From Nitrosopumilus sp. (GTDB taxonomy: Archaea; Thermoproteota; Nitrososphaeria; Nitrososphaerales; Nitrosopumilaceae): a stretch of 64,000 nucleotides of DNA. Each line of letters opens with the position of its first letter. Within the stretch, counting starts at the first letter, position 1. Below are positions 10,917 to 22,330 of the stretch, piece by piece. A program made the translations under genes and the position numbers. The DNA lies in contig OZ244732.1 of the NCBI GenBank assembly GCA_965219345.1, forward strand, positions 32,001 to 96,000, given 5' to 3'. Below the pieces are notes generated by a model. That model searched no databases, was not told where the DNA came from, and worked only from the letters and a program-made list of their open reading frames with translations.

Positions 10917-11023
10917 AGCTTCAAAAACTTTTGACAGTATTTATGCGTATAGTACATAATACGATCAAAGGATCTAACCCGCCTACAATAGTTTTTTAAT
11001 AGTATAGATCTTGTTTTCCTTGT

Positions 11024-11150
11024 CCCAAGCTAGCTCAGCCTGGTAGAGCTTCCGGCTGTAGTTGTTGGCTTTAGATGGCTGACCGAATAACAGCATATCA
11101 GGCATACAGAAACCGGGTTGTCGAAGGTTCAATTCCTTCGCTTGGGACCA
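11024..11150 (+). tRNA. tRNA-Tyr(GTA) with ~50-nt intron (11062-11111), CCA encoded
   Basis: Acceptor CCCAAGC/GCTTGGG-A-CCA, D arm AGCTCAGCCTGGTAGAGC, loop CT-GTA-G|A, T arm GGTTCAATTCC. Confidence 0.95.
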
Positions 11151-11249
11151 CAAAGTTTTCTATTAACTAAAAATTAATTTTGAAAATAAGAAAAAGATAG
11201 ACTGGATTTAAGAAAACAAAAAGAAATCTTAAATTAAAAAATTCATTGC

Positions 11250-11441
11250 CTATTCTGATTTTTTGACTTTTTGAGCTGCTGGGCCTTTTTGGCCTTCGCC
11301 TACTTCAAACTCTACTTTATCGCCTTCGTTGATGAATCCGTCAACATCTGATTTGTGAACAAACAGATCGTCTCCATCTTCTCTTTCGATAAAACCAAAG
11401 CCCTTAGTACGGTTAAACCATTTTACGGTGCCTTGTTCCAT
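11250..11441 (-). CDS. cspA: Cold-shock protein
   Basis: GTVKWFN, KGFGFI, LFVH RNP motifs. Confidence 0.95.
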   Translation of the reverse strand: MEQGTVKWFNRTKGFGFIEREDGDDLFVHKSDVDGFINEGDKVEFEVGEGQKGPAAQKVKKSE

Positions 11442-11478
11442 TTGGTTTTTGAAATAATTAATCACTATATTAACTAAG

Positions 11479-11587
11479 GTATCAAAAGCAGATCAAGCCA
11501 AAAACAATAGTGGCGCCGTCAAATAATTCTGACTTGCAACAAGGGATGCAAGTATCAAAAGCAGATCAAGACAAAAACAATAGTGGC
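11479..11587. repeat. 36-bp direct repeat pair separated by a 37-bp spacer
   Basis: GTATCAAAAGCAGATCAAG(C/A)CAAAAACAATAGTGGC at 11479-11514 and 11552-11587. Confidence 0.9.
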
Positions 11588-11898
11588 TAGAAATCTTTAG
11601 GGATGTGATTTTGTTCCTTTAACCAAGTCACTTGAGGAAGTGTGAATCTCCAAATAATATCTCCTCGTTCGTTCTCTTTAAAGTCCCAAGGCGCAATAAT
11701 CACAATATCATTATCTCTAATCCAAACTCTTCTCTTTAGTTTACCTCTAATTCTACCACGTCTGGTAACATTATCAGCACATTTTATCATGACATTTTCA
11801 CCTCCAAGCATTTTCAATACTCGTCCAAAAAGTTCACCTTCTTCAGGAAGACGAATCTCTTTCAGAGCACTTTCATTTTTTACTTGGCGCTTACCCAT
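11587..11898 (-). CDS. eif1a: Translation initiation factor 1A
   Basis: RIRGKLKRRVWIRDNDIVIIAPWDF. Confidence 0.95.
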   Translation of the reverse strand: MGKRQVKNESALKEIRLPEEGELFGRVLKMLGGENVMIKCADNVTRRGRIRGKLKRRVWIRDNDIVIIAPWDFKENERGDIIWRFTLPQVTWLKEQNHIPKDF

Positions 11899-12006
11899 GA
11901 ATATCATTTAGATTCTGAGCATATAACTGATAGGGTTTTTGATAACGTAAATTCAGGTGTATTACAATACGCAAGAGATTTTATCTATTATACTAAAAAT
12001 TAATCT

Positions 12007-12570
12007 ATGGAATTTAGATGCATAAAAGAATGCTCTCAATGTTGTATTGAAAGGGAATATTATCCAAACAAAAGATTTGGAAAAATAGGAGTGCTAATTC
12101 TTCCTGAAGAGAAAGAAAGAATAGAAAAATTAGCAAAATCAAATAGATTAAAGATCAAAATTTTGCCAAGAATTGGAATTTCTGAAGACAGGAATTCTAT
12201 TCCAACAAAAATTTTGGCATATCAATTGATGGGAATTGAAAAAAATGGAAACACATGTCCTTTCTTAGACACAGATAGTGGAGACAAATCACCACATGGA
12301 GGGTTTCCGTGTAAAATTTACAAAGACAGACCACTTGCATGTATGGCATATCCGTTGATTGAATCGGAACCAGCTACATTTGATGAGAAATGCAAGTTTT
12401 GTAAAGAGCATGGAACTGCAGATCAGAATATTAATTCTGAAGTAGAGTCACTTCTAAAGATTAAAGAAAAAATGAACACCGATGCTTTATTCATTTGGAG
12501 ATTTGCAACGAAAGTGGGAGAAGAGGAAGATCAGAAAATCTTGGAGTCAGGTTGGATTTTAGAAGATTAG
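12007..12570 (+). CDS. YkgJ family cysteine-cluster protein
   Basis: CxxCC, CPFL, CKIYKDRPLACMAYP. Confidence 0.85.
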   Translation: MEFRCIKECSQCCIEREYYPNKRFGKIGVLILPEEKERIEKLAKSNRLKIKILPRIGISEDRNSIPTKILAYQLMGIEKNGNTCPFLDTDSGDKSPHGGFPCKIYKDRPLACMAYPLIESEPATFDEKCKFCKEHGTADQNINSEVESLLKIKEKMNTDALFIWRFATKVGEEEDQKILESGWILED

Positions 12571-12640
12571 ACAAGCCATAAAACAGATATTGGCACGGTT
12601 TTAGGTAAAAATTCAAAAGGCACTAGAACTTTTGGTCAAT

Positions 12641-13141
12641 ATGAGTGAAGATGCATGGTCAAATTTAGACAAAGTTGATCAAAAAATCATAGAGATTCTT
12701 AATAACAATGCCAGAGCACCATCAAAAGAAATTGCATCAGAACTAGTAAAATCAGATCATGATGTTTCAGACAGAACAATCAGAAAAAGGATATAGCGCC
12801 TTGAGAAGAGTGGGATCATTAAAGGATACAAAGCAGTTCTAACAGATGTATCTGGAATTAACAAGTATGAAGCAATAATGATGAAACTAAAACCATCAAA
12901 ATCCTTCGAGTCAGCAAAGGATTCTATCAAAGAATTCATTACAAAATTAGATAATTATCTCCTAATAGCAAATATGGATAGAGAATGGAATATGTTAGTA
13001 ATAATTCAAGTAGATTCTGAAAAATCAAACGTGTCACAGAAGATTGTAAAAAAGTTTTCAGATGAATTAATTGATTATAGAATAAATGAGATAGACATCA
13101 AAGATACGAATATTCTGAACATGTCTTTACTTTTATTGTGA
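12641..13141 (+). pseudogene. Lrp/AsnC family regulator with in-frame TAG at 12794-12796
   Basis: MSEDAWSNLDKVDQKIIEILNNNARAP...RTIRKRI*RLEKSGIIKGY winged HTH continues in frame into ORF 12878-13141. Confidence 0.85.
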
Positions 13142-13199
13142 GCACAGTCATAGACGTCTTTGTTTGATCTTTTAAATCTGATCTAGGATTTTATTTATT

Positions 13200-13800
13200 A
13201 TGAAACCTGTAATAATTATCGCAATAGCATTTGTTCTGTTACTTCCATTATTTACAATTCCTACATATGCTCAAAATAATGAGATTGAAGAGAACGCAGA
13301 GTTAGATTCTATCGAAGATGACATTATCATTTACAACGCGGGCTAGATTTGATTAGTGTGGGTGTTATTGATAGAGAGAGTGCTTCGTCTGATTTAATTT
13401 TCTGGCGGACTATAGCATCTGATGAGATTGATTTTACAGAATTTCCACCACCTGATGATTGGGATCTTACAAATGGTTACGTTATAGACAAAACAGGTCT
13501 AAACATTGATCCAGATTTTTACAAAGTTAAGACACGAGGTTCTTTTTTCAATGACTTTGATTTTAGAAATTATCCATACGACAAAATAGATCTAGACATA
13601 CACATTGAACCTTATTTTCCTCTTACAACAAGTAGAGTAGTTTTTGAAGTAAATGAAAAATGGTGTCATAAATCCTGATACGGTTAGCGTTCCAGGATGG
13701 ACAATGGGTAAACCTAAATTCTCAGCATATACAGCTGCTTATTCGTGGGGAAGTTTTACACATTTTGAGGCACACTTTCCTGTTGAGACATCTCCAGTTG
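13200..13800 (+). pseudogene. Pentameric ligand-gated ion channel (GLIC/ELIC-like) extracellular-domain remnant
   Basis: Signal peptide, TAG at 13344, Pro-loop FDFRNYPYD, frameshift near 13660, VPGW strand; transmembrane part missing after the MITE. Confidence 0.65.
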
Positions 13801-13979
13801 GGTTCTGTTGCATCTTAGTGACCTAAGCATAACCATCATATAATTTTTAGAAAAAATGATTTTGTCAAGGCTTACGATCAATGACGGAACCAAAAGGAAC
13901 ACAAACCACGCTTTAGATAAATTTTGAATCTAGAGAAGATCCGTATTTTATGCTTAGGTCATGAAGATGCAACAGAACC
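13801..13979. mobile_element. MITE family B (179 bp) with IS6-like ends
   Basis: 31-bp TIR GGTTCTGTTGCATCTTAGTGACCTAAGCATA with 2 mismatches; no ORF; no TSD visible. Confidence 0.85.
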
Positions 13980-16900
13980 AAAACGGATAGTATTAAAGAG
14001 TCATGCATTGTGTATGATCAATATTTCCTAGTTTGGTCTTTTTGATGTTATCTCACAAGACACATTGTTTTTACCATCATTTCCATGACATTTGTCTATT
14101 CCCTTGCCACCAACAATTTTATCATTACCTGCTTCTCCTTGGATATAGTCATCACCTGAGTTCCCATTGAGGATATCGTTACTGTTACCTCCCAAGATAT
14201 AGTCATTTCCTGCACCGCCACTTATGCTATCCTTGCCGTCTCCACCAATGATACAGTCATTGCCTGCTTTACCCTTTATGCTGTCTTTTCCTTCATATCC
14301 TAAAATTAAATCATCATGTATCGTTCCAACTAGCTTGTCATTGTTTTGCGTTCCTTGTATCAGAACATAATGCGTTGCAGGATATCCACAGTATAGTGTT
14401 AAGTTATCTACAGATGCAATCTGTGGTACTAGCTTGTGTATGATATCACTTTGCGTAGTGTAATCATATATTTCGATGGACAGTGCTGTTTTATCTGGCA
14501 TATTATCACCCAAGAGAATATCGTCTGCAACATCAAAGTGTACAGCCGTGTAGGGCTTGTTGTTTTGTAATAATGACTGTGTGTCAGTAATACTGTATAA
14601 CATTGCCTGTTCTGGATTTATCAATCTGATATCCATAGTATATGGATCAAAGATTATTCCAGGTATTGTTACACTAAAGGATTTACCGGCATATTTTTCA
14701 TGGATTTGCTGGTATCTCTTGTATTTCTCTGAGATATCTTTTGATAATGACTTTGCAAGCTGTGATGATGTTACATCAAAGGTACTCCAATTCCCTGAGT
14801 ATACGTATGCAGAACCTGAATTAGTACCTGCATCATCATCTCCTCGGACTCCTGCAACTATAATATTACCTGATACAGATACAGGATCTGCAAATGTATC
14901 CCATGATGAAGTGTTTTGTGGTGATATTGCAGATACTTGTTCCCATGTACCGTCTATCTTCTCAAAGATATATGCTGCCCCACCAAAACTTGCTCGTGTT
15001 GCATCACCCCATGCTCCGACTACTATCGTATCCCCATGTATTGATACAGAATCACCAAAGTATGCAGAACGGTGTCCAAAGCTTGGGAGTAGTTTTTGTG
15101 TTTGTATCCATGAATCATCTATCTTCTCAAAGACATAGGCAGAGCCTGAATTGTACCCAAAGTCATCATTTGCATGTGCGCCAACTACTATGGTGTCTCC
15201 ATGTATGGATATGCCTAATCCAAAGTGATCAGAACTGGCACCATCGCCGGCAACAATCTTTGCAGTCTGTTCCCATGTACCATTCATCTTCTCAAAGATA
15301 TATGCAGAGCCTGAGTTTGAGCCATTATCGTCATCCATCCATGCACCTACAACTATTATATTCTCATAGATATCAGTAGATACTCCAAAAGAGTCATAAT
15401 CACTAGCGTCATCAGGTGTTAGTCTTGTATCTTCTGACCAGCCAGATCCATCTTTTTGGTATACATATACTGCACCAGTTGATATGCCTCCAATGTCTCC
15501 TGATGCCATAGCAGATACGGCAGTATTACCATGTATGGATACTGCATTTCCAAATCTGTCTTGTGGCATGCTGTCTGATGTAGTTAACTTTTGTGTTTGC
15601 ATCCATGTGTTATTTATCTTCTCAAAGATATATGCAGAACCAGAGTTTGAACCGTAATCGTCATCATATTTTGCAGATACTATTGCTGTACCGTCATATA
15701 TTGAGACTGCTGCGCTAAATATATCTCCGCGTTCCAAGTCATCAGATACAATCTTTGCAGTCTGGCTCCATGAGTAATTTTCTTGCTCAAAGATGTAAGC
15801 TGCGCCTGAAAGTACATTATCATTTATCTTGGCTGATGCAATGATTGTATTACCATGTATATCGATATTTTGTGCAAAGTAATTTGCCCATCTGTTACCC
15901 TCAGGGGCTATCTTTTGCAAATAAGTTGCATGAGGGATTGCCACACCGCCAGGGTCTGATATTACACCATTAATGGTATTATCTGCATCTCCAAGGCCAT
16001 CCTGTATTGTTATAGTTTGAGTATCAGAGGCACTATTTCCAGCATCATCAGTGGCAGTCCAGACAACAATAGTTGTTCCAACAGGAAAAGAGGCAGGTGC
16101 ATCATTTGTTATAACAGGATTAGGATCCGTATCATCAGAAGCAGTAGCTATTCCAATTTGAGTAGAACTAAGAGTAGTCAGTAAACCCATGGCCTCAAAC
16201 GTAGCATCAGAAGGCGCAACAATTACAGGAGAGGTAACATCAAGAGTCAAAGTTACTATGACATCAAAAGAAGTCATAGCATTACCATCTGAATGTGTAA
16301 CAGTGCAAAGTACAGTAGTAGTACCAACAGGGAATATAGAACCTGATGTATAATCACAAGTTACAATGCCTTTATCAGCAGTAGGTAAACTAAAAGTTAC
16401 AACTTTACCAGAGACATCATCAGTTGATACAGAAATATCAGAAACAGTTGATGTAAATGATGCAGGAATGGAAGGTGGAGATCCGCCAGAAACACGGGTA
16501 GCAATAAACTGCACATCATCAATTCCAACATCTTCAGCACCTAAGCTCATGTGAGCAGAGAATCTAAAATTAAAGTCAGAGACATTTGTGTAATCAGACA
16601 AAGAATAATTTTCTAAATGCCACGCATCATCATCATCAGAATTTTCTTGATTCCATTTATCAAGCTCAATCCAGCTAGAGCCGTCATAAATCTCTAAAAT
16701 CAAATATTCGTTCAAGTCAAGAGCGCGGTCCACATATCTGTAAAACGATAAAAACTCATCTGAATAATCAGTCATGTCTAAAGAGACAGATTTTGTCAAA
16801 GTACAAACAGTATCACAATCATCAGCTTCAGCTACTTTGTTTGATGCGGTATGATCCGGAGGCAATCTGAACTCATCGAATCTATCAGCTCTCCAATTAG

Positions 16901-17548
16901 GTTCTCCTGATTTAATCCAGCCATCTAAATTACCGTCCTCAAAGTCGTCTGAGAATATTGTATTGCTTGTAGGAATAATCACACCAGATACCACAATATC
17001 AAAAGATACGCTGGCAGAATTTCCTGAATCATCAGTAGCTGTACAGGTAACAGTAGTAGTAGTACCAACAATGAATGTAGAACCAGATGTATGATCACAT
17101 GTTACACCTACAGAAGAGTCTACAGTATCTACAGCGTCAGGTACATCAAATGTTACTGTACTGGATACAGACGAAATATCTAGAGGCTGAAATAGAGAAG
17201 GAGCTATGGTATCTTGTATGGTTATAAGCTGGGTATCTGCAGCAGTATTGCCAGAAGAATCAGTGGCAGTCCATGTAATTATGGTTGTGCCAAGAGGGAA
17301 TGACACAGACGCGTCATTGGTTATTGCTGGGCTGGGATCCACATTGTCAGTGGCAGTTGCAGTTCCTAGCTGGGCTGCAGTTATCGTTGTGCCTGTACCT
17401 GTAGCTTCAAATGTTTGATTAGAAGGGGCAATAATGACAGGTGGTAAAGAATCTTTTTGAGTATAAGTTTCTGTACCGCCTTTAAATGACGCAATGTATG
17501 GTGCAGTCTGTGTTATAACTAATGCATTATTTTCATGAGTTTCTGTGC

Positions 17549-18592
17549 TGTAATATACCGAAATCATTTCGCCTGGTCATTTATGTCCTCCTCCATCCAT
17601 TTCGGGTGGGTTTTCCTGATCGCGTCAGTGGCCTTTTTGTCCGAGAACGCCCTCAGCGGCGTCTGGTGGTTGTGGATGTCAAGGGAGAAGTGCAGCCTTC
17701 TCTCGTTGTAGTATTCCATGTACGCAGACAGGCTCTCGTAGTGAAATATCTCGTCCTCTATGCTGCGGTGGAACCTCTCAAGCTTCCCGTTTGTCTGGGG
17801 ATGGTACGGCCTAGAGTTTATCAGCTCGATGCCGCAGTCGAGCAGCTCTGCCTCAAAGGCAGTGGCCTTCCACGTCTTCTTTGGCGTCTTTCTGCCTCCG
17901 CGTCCCACAAAGCACGAGCCGTTATCGGATAGTATGGCCGCAGGCGTGCCAAATCTCCTGATTGCCTTTCTGAGTACCGTTACTGCGTTCTCGGATGTGG
18001 CCTGCGTGAAGACCTGCGAGGCCACGACGCACCTTGAGGCGTCATCAAGATACGTGACTAGCTGGAGCCCTCTGAATCGGGGATCCTTCATCTCGTGCCA
18101 GTCCACATGCCACATGGCGTTGGAATACCTGCGCTCGTAGCGCACCCACTTTCGCCTCCGTGACCCTGCATCGGAGTGGACCACCATGCCGTTCTCCTTC
18201 ATTATCCGGTATACGCGCCTGTAGCTTATATTGTGACTTGCCTGCAGGTCGAGGGTCGTGCGTACGACCCCTACTTTCTGTCCGGCGTATGCGTCCAGAA
18301 CCGCCCGTGTCTCGCCTGGCGTAGGCAGTACCTGCCTTCTTCCCGGACTGCGCTGTACGTGGTGCACGCCAGTCCTGCGAAACTCCGCCCACAGCTGCTG
18401 GATGCGCCTCTGCGTCACCTTGAGCTCAGCTGCAATGTCTGCAGTGGGCCTCCCCTTCTGGCACCGGGATATGGCGTACCGGATCTGCCTTTCCGTAAGC
18501 TTGATCTTCATCCGTTTTGCTGATCGGTACAGCCTAAGGTAATCCTTTGCAAGCCTCCTAAAAGTGAGGCGAAATGATTTCGGTACAATACA
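17549..18592 (-). mobile_element. IS481-family element, copy A
   Basis: TGT..ACA ends, 26-bp TIR with 2 mismatches, 15-bp TSD CATGAGTTTCTGTGC (17534-17548 / 18593-18607). Confidence 0.92.
17564..18511 (-). CDS. IS481-family transposase (rve DDE)
   Basis: WHVDW, LDDASR, SDNG, HPQTNGKLER. Confidence 0.92.
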   Translation of the reverse strand: MKIKLTERQIRYAISRCQKGRPTADIAAELKVTQRRIQQLWAEFRRTGVHHVQRSPGRRQVLPTPGETRAVLDAYAGQKVGVVRTTLDLQASHNISYRRVYRIMKENGMVVHSDAGSRRRKWVRYERRYSNAMWHVDWHEMKDPRFRGLQLVTYLDDASRCVVASQVFTQATSENAVTVLRKAIRRFGTPAAILSDNGSCFVGRGGRKTPKKTWKATAFEAELLDCGIELINSRPYHPQTNGKLERFHRSIEDEIFHYESLSAYMEYYNERRLHFSLDIHNHQTPLRAFSDKKATDAIRKTHPKWMEEDINDQAK

Positions 18593-19770
18593 CATGAGTT
18601 TCTGTGCCAGAAACTATTAATGTTCTTTCAAAATTATTACTAGGATCAGACCATTGAGTACGCCATTCACAAGTGTTAAACAAACATGGATAACCCATAA
18701 GTGTAGTGTATGTACGACCATCTGAAACGGTTTCATATCCATGGCCGTAAGTAAATGGTACAGTAGAACTATCTTGAATTCTTTCATGCCTCATACCAAA
18801 TAGATGTCCAAGTTCATGTGCAATAACATTACCAATTTGAGGATTAGTACATCTAACATTAACTACTGAAAATGCATTGCTTAAATCTGCTAAGATCTGT
18901 GATGCGCGACCACAATATTCAGCATCAGTGTGATTATTAAGCAATATACCGATATCTGCATTCTCATTATCTCGTACAGCGTTTCCTCTTTCCATGTATC
19001 CGTCATTTTTTGTGATTAATCGATTGAGATCAGTTACCATACTATCAGACTCTACATATCCAAGACCAGCACCAGCTATCTCAACATTGTTTAAACTTAC
19101 AGGGATATCACTAGAGTTAAATGCAATATTTGATTTATCTATACCCAAGTTTGCCATCAAGCGTAAATTAATTGAGCCTTTTTCAGTTCTTGCATTATCT
19201 GTATATAAAAATACTATATCAATTTCCATGTTACGATGGGTGGTGCCAGAGAATTCACCAACAGGTACAGCACTAACAACATTTTGATAATTAGGATTTA
19301 GGTCAAGATCACCACCACCTTCTGATTCACTGCCAAATGCTAAATTACTATATTGCCTGATAACATGTTTATTATCTACTGGTTCTATAACATAGTTTTT
19401 TCCAACACCGCTTAGCTCAAGTCTGGTATAATCATTAAAAACTGCAATAAAGACATTGTTTTTAGAATCAGATGTACTTCCTACATATGTATAATCAGTA
19501 GAATTTCTAATAATGGTCTGTTCATGTGTAATTCCTATGGTCTTACCAAAAACAGCAAGATTCATGGAAGGTTCAGTTAACGCTTGTAAATTTATCTCTA
19601 CATTTGATACATTATGTTGTGTATTTGATGTATCAGATGTTTGGGATTTGGCTGTTCGAAAATTATCAGGTATTGTTACAAATTCTGGCATCGTTTGTTG
19701 GGCAAAAATATCGCTAGTTGTTATAGGCAGAACAACCAGAGACAATAAAACAAAAAGTAATAATTTTATA

Positions 19771-20961
19771 TTAATACACCCATAAATTTCGAGCAAACAG
19801 TGGCTTGCCAGTTAGTGCATCTACATATACCTCATACCAATGATAATGACCATCCATATATGGTGTTTGACATGTTGCTGCATAAGTTTGATAGAGAGGT
19901 CTGCCGTTCATTATCTTAACTGTAGGCATATTATCATCATGATCAGAATTGTATGCAATATTGCAATCAGGCAATAAAAGATCATCATATGAAAAGATAT
20001 GATCTCGGCCAGCCTGTAATGATTCTTTTAGGTCATACAGATTTATTGCAGACAGATTATCATTCCAGTTGCCTATGTAGATAAATGTATAACCTGTATC
20101 AAATACTGTTGTAATTTCATTACCTCGAATATGGATACTATCTATACTCTGAGAAAATTTATACGAGTAATTATTAATAGGAGCAAAACCCTCCTGTATT
20201 GTAACTGTTTCATCAAGTGTAACACCCAACTCATCTAACATGGCAAAGGTAACCTCTTCTGCTTTGTCAAGATGAATTCTATCTTTTCCAAAAAACGTAT
20301 ACTTGAAACCCCAATCATAAATATTTGAATCAAAAAATTGCATCTGACCTTTTTTAGTAACATATCTGTTTCCGCCATTATTAATATCTGTTATATCATC
20401 ATCAAAAAATAAAGCCATTTTCTGTGCAAATGAGCCCTTATCATCTGGAGGCATTTTGAGAACATAATCAAATGTAATGTCTTTTGGAATGATATCCGAA
20501 ATATTAGTTGGGTTGAGAAGTGGTTTTAGTTGTGTCTTTTTATTTATGATATCCGAATCAACAGTAACTTGTTTATCATCAACATCGTTTGAAATAATCT
20601 GTGGTTGTGATACAACATTAGATCCAAAAGAGGGTTCATTATTTGATTGCTCAATGTTATTAGTTGTTTTTTCTGATGTCGCAAATTCAACCTTGATTAT
20701 TTTCCAATTCATCTTTTCAGCAGTTTGCTCTGTAACACAAAGATGATCTACGTTTGCACGAACTGCATGAATACGATTCTCATTACACTGTATGTCCTCT
20801 GGTGCCACACCGTCTCTGATTTGCTGTAAGGGACTAGGATAATCCGAATATGATGAGGGCACTAGAGAAACTGAGACCACAAAAAACACTAAAAGAAAAA
20901 CTGTAATGTTAACATTTTGTGTTTTGGAAATCAAACTAGTTAGTATAAAAACCACATTCAT
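19771..20961 (-). CDS. Secreted protein with SPLQQ..C..C motif and C-terminal FTP/PepSY-like region
   Basis: Signal peptide, SPLQQIRDGVAPEDIQC...LCVTEQTAEKMNW, C-terminal WYEVYVDALTGKPL; the ORF-track extension to 21282 is IS sequence. Confidence 0.75.
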   Translation of the reverse strand: MNVVFILTSLISKTQNVNITVFLLVFFVVSVSLVPSSYSDYPSPLQQIRDGVAPEDIQCNENRIHAVRANVDHLCVTEQTAEKMNWKIIKVEFATSEKTTNNIEQSNNEPSFGSNVVSQPQIISNDVDDKQVTVDSDIINKKTQLKPLLNPTNISDIIPKDITFDYVLKMPPDDKGSFAQKMALFFDDDITDINNGGNRYVTKKGQMQFFDSNIYDWGFKYTFFGKDRIHLDKAEEVTFAMLDELGVTLDETVTIQEGFAPINNYSYKFSQSIDSIHIRGNEITTVFDTGYTFIYIGNWNDNLSAINLYDLKESLQAGRDHIFSYDDLLLPDCNIAYNSDHDDNMPTVKIMNGRPLYQTYAATCQTPYMDGHYHWYEVYVDALTGKPLFARNLWVY

Positions 20962-20989
20962 ATAAGATTTTTTAGAATACATCATTGAT

Positions 20990-22057
20990 TCTATTGTACG
21001 GAAATTATGTCGCGCGCCAAGAGTCCGGCGTACTGCCCAAGAGTATTTTACACTACACAAGTCCAGGCACCCCATGCCAATACGCCTGACCGACAAGGCC
21101 ATCCGATACGCCGTCAGGCAGCTGGAGAAGGGCAAAGACACCAAGACGGTCGCAGAAGAGATCAACGTCACCCAGAGGCATGTGCAGCGGCTGTGGGCCG
21201 AATTCAACAGGACTGGTTCGATCCACGTCCAGCAGCCTGCAGGACGGCCGGCAGATCTCCCACCGCCCGACGAGGAAACCAATATGGTATTAGACGTTCA
21301 CGGACGCAAGCCGGAGGGTGTGCTACGGACAGCCAAGAGGCTTTGGAAGGAGGGACACGATATAAGCTACTCCCGCGTATACCAGATAATGAAGTCCAAC
21401 GGCCTAGTCATCGACTCCCCGGCAAAGTCGAGGAAGCGCAAGTGGGTCAGGTACGAGCGCCTGTACTCGAATGCCATGTGGCATACTGACTGGCATGTGA
21501 TGAAGGATCCGCGCATGAAGGATCTGAACCTGATCACGTATCTTGATGATGCCTCCAGGTGCGTTACGGGCGCGGCATTGTTCAGGGAGGCCACCTCAGA
21601 GAACGCGGTGGCGGTGCTCCGGCAGGCAGTCGGCAGGTTCGACGTGCCGGCGACCATCCTGTCCGACAACGGCTCGTGCTTCGTCGGCAGGGGCGACCGC
21701 AAGAGGCAGACAGGCACCTGGACTCCGACCCTCTTTGAGAACGAGCTGCTGGACCACAACATAGGGCTGATCAATTCAAGACCGTATCACCCGCAGACCA
21801 ACGGAAAACTGGAGAGGTTCCACAGGAGCATCGAGGAGGAAATATGGCACTATGACGGGCTGGACGACTATGTCGAGTACTACAACACGGACAGGCTGCA
21901 CTTTTCACTGGACATCGACAACTACGAGACGCCGCTGATGGCGTTCCGCAACAAGAGGGCTACCGACGAGATAAGACAGCAGAATTCCAGATGGATGGAG
22001 GCAGATATCAATGACTGACGACCCAGACAGGGGGCGACATGATTTTCATATATTACA
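20990..22057 (+). mobile_element. IS481-family element, copy B
   Basis: Imperfect TIRs related to copy A; 16-18-bp direct repeat AGAATACATCATTGAT(TC) at 20974 and 22058. Confidence 0.9.
21074..22018 (+). CDS. IS481-family transposase
   Basis: WHTDW, LDDASR, SDNG, HPQTNGKLER; divergent paralog of copy A. Confidence 0.92.
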   Translation: MPIRLTDKAIRYAVRQLEKGKDTKTVAEEINVTQRHVQRLWAEFNRTGSIHVQQPAGRPADLPPPDEETNMVLDVHGRKPEGVLRTAKRLWKEGHDISYSRVYQIMKSNGLVIDSPAKSRKRKWVRYERLYSNAMWHTDWHVMKDPRMKDLNLITYLDDASRCVTGAALFREATSENAVAVLRQAVGRFDVPATILSDNGSCFVGRGDRKRQTGTWTPTLFENELLDHNIGLINSRPYHPQTNGKLERFHRSIEEEIWHYDGLDDYVEYYNTDRLHFSLDIDNYETPLMAFRNKRATDEIRQQNSRWMEADIND

Positions 22058-22330
22058 AGAATACATCATTGATTCAAAGGAATACAATGCTGAACGTTCC
22101 AAAACTAGTTTTTTCTGATGTACGTCAAGTGATTGAGTAATTCTTTTGTGATCAATTTTTGCATGTTCTGCTCCTGTAAAATAACCATCTCTAAGTAAAT
22201 AATCCATCATATCTGCACCAAGTGTACCTGAAACGATTTCATTCATGTATTGAAATTTGGAATCTCCAAAGGCAATTTTTGTAATTAGCTTTTTGTCAAA
22301 ACCATTTTTTGATAAACTATCACCAATCTC
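22058..22330 (-). pseudogene. Internal fragment of an HD-domain phosphohydrolase (dNTPase-like)
   Basis: IVSGTLGADMMDYLLRDGYFTG...SALYSFESMMYS. Confidence 0.75.

Larger units (their letters stand above)
14028..19796 (-). pseudogene. Secreted multidomain metalloprotease/adhesin (M12 reprolysin-like + HYR + FG-GAP propeller + RTX repeats), interrupted by IS481
   Basis: HELGHLFGMRH with Met-turn in 18558-19796; HYR, FG-GAP and GGxGxD repeats in 14028-17548; removing the IS plus one TSD restores VSGTETH-ENNALV (~1570 aa); start uncertain. Confidence 0.85.

Noticed and set aside
11479-11587. True CRISPR array (also 60343-60454)
   Set aside because: Only two repeats each, no cas genes or leader, and no typical repeat terminus. 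Kept only as curiosities.
20962-21282. N-terminal extension of the 503-aa ORF 19771-21282
   Set aside because: It is mostly antisense IS481 sequence; the signal peptide begins after ~20961.
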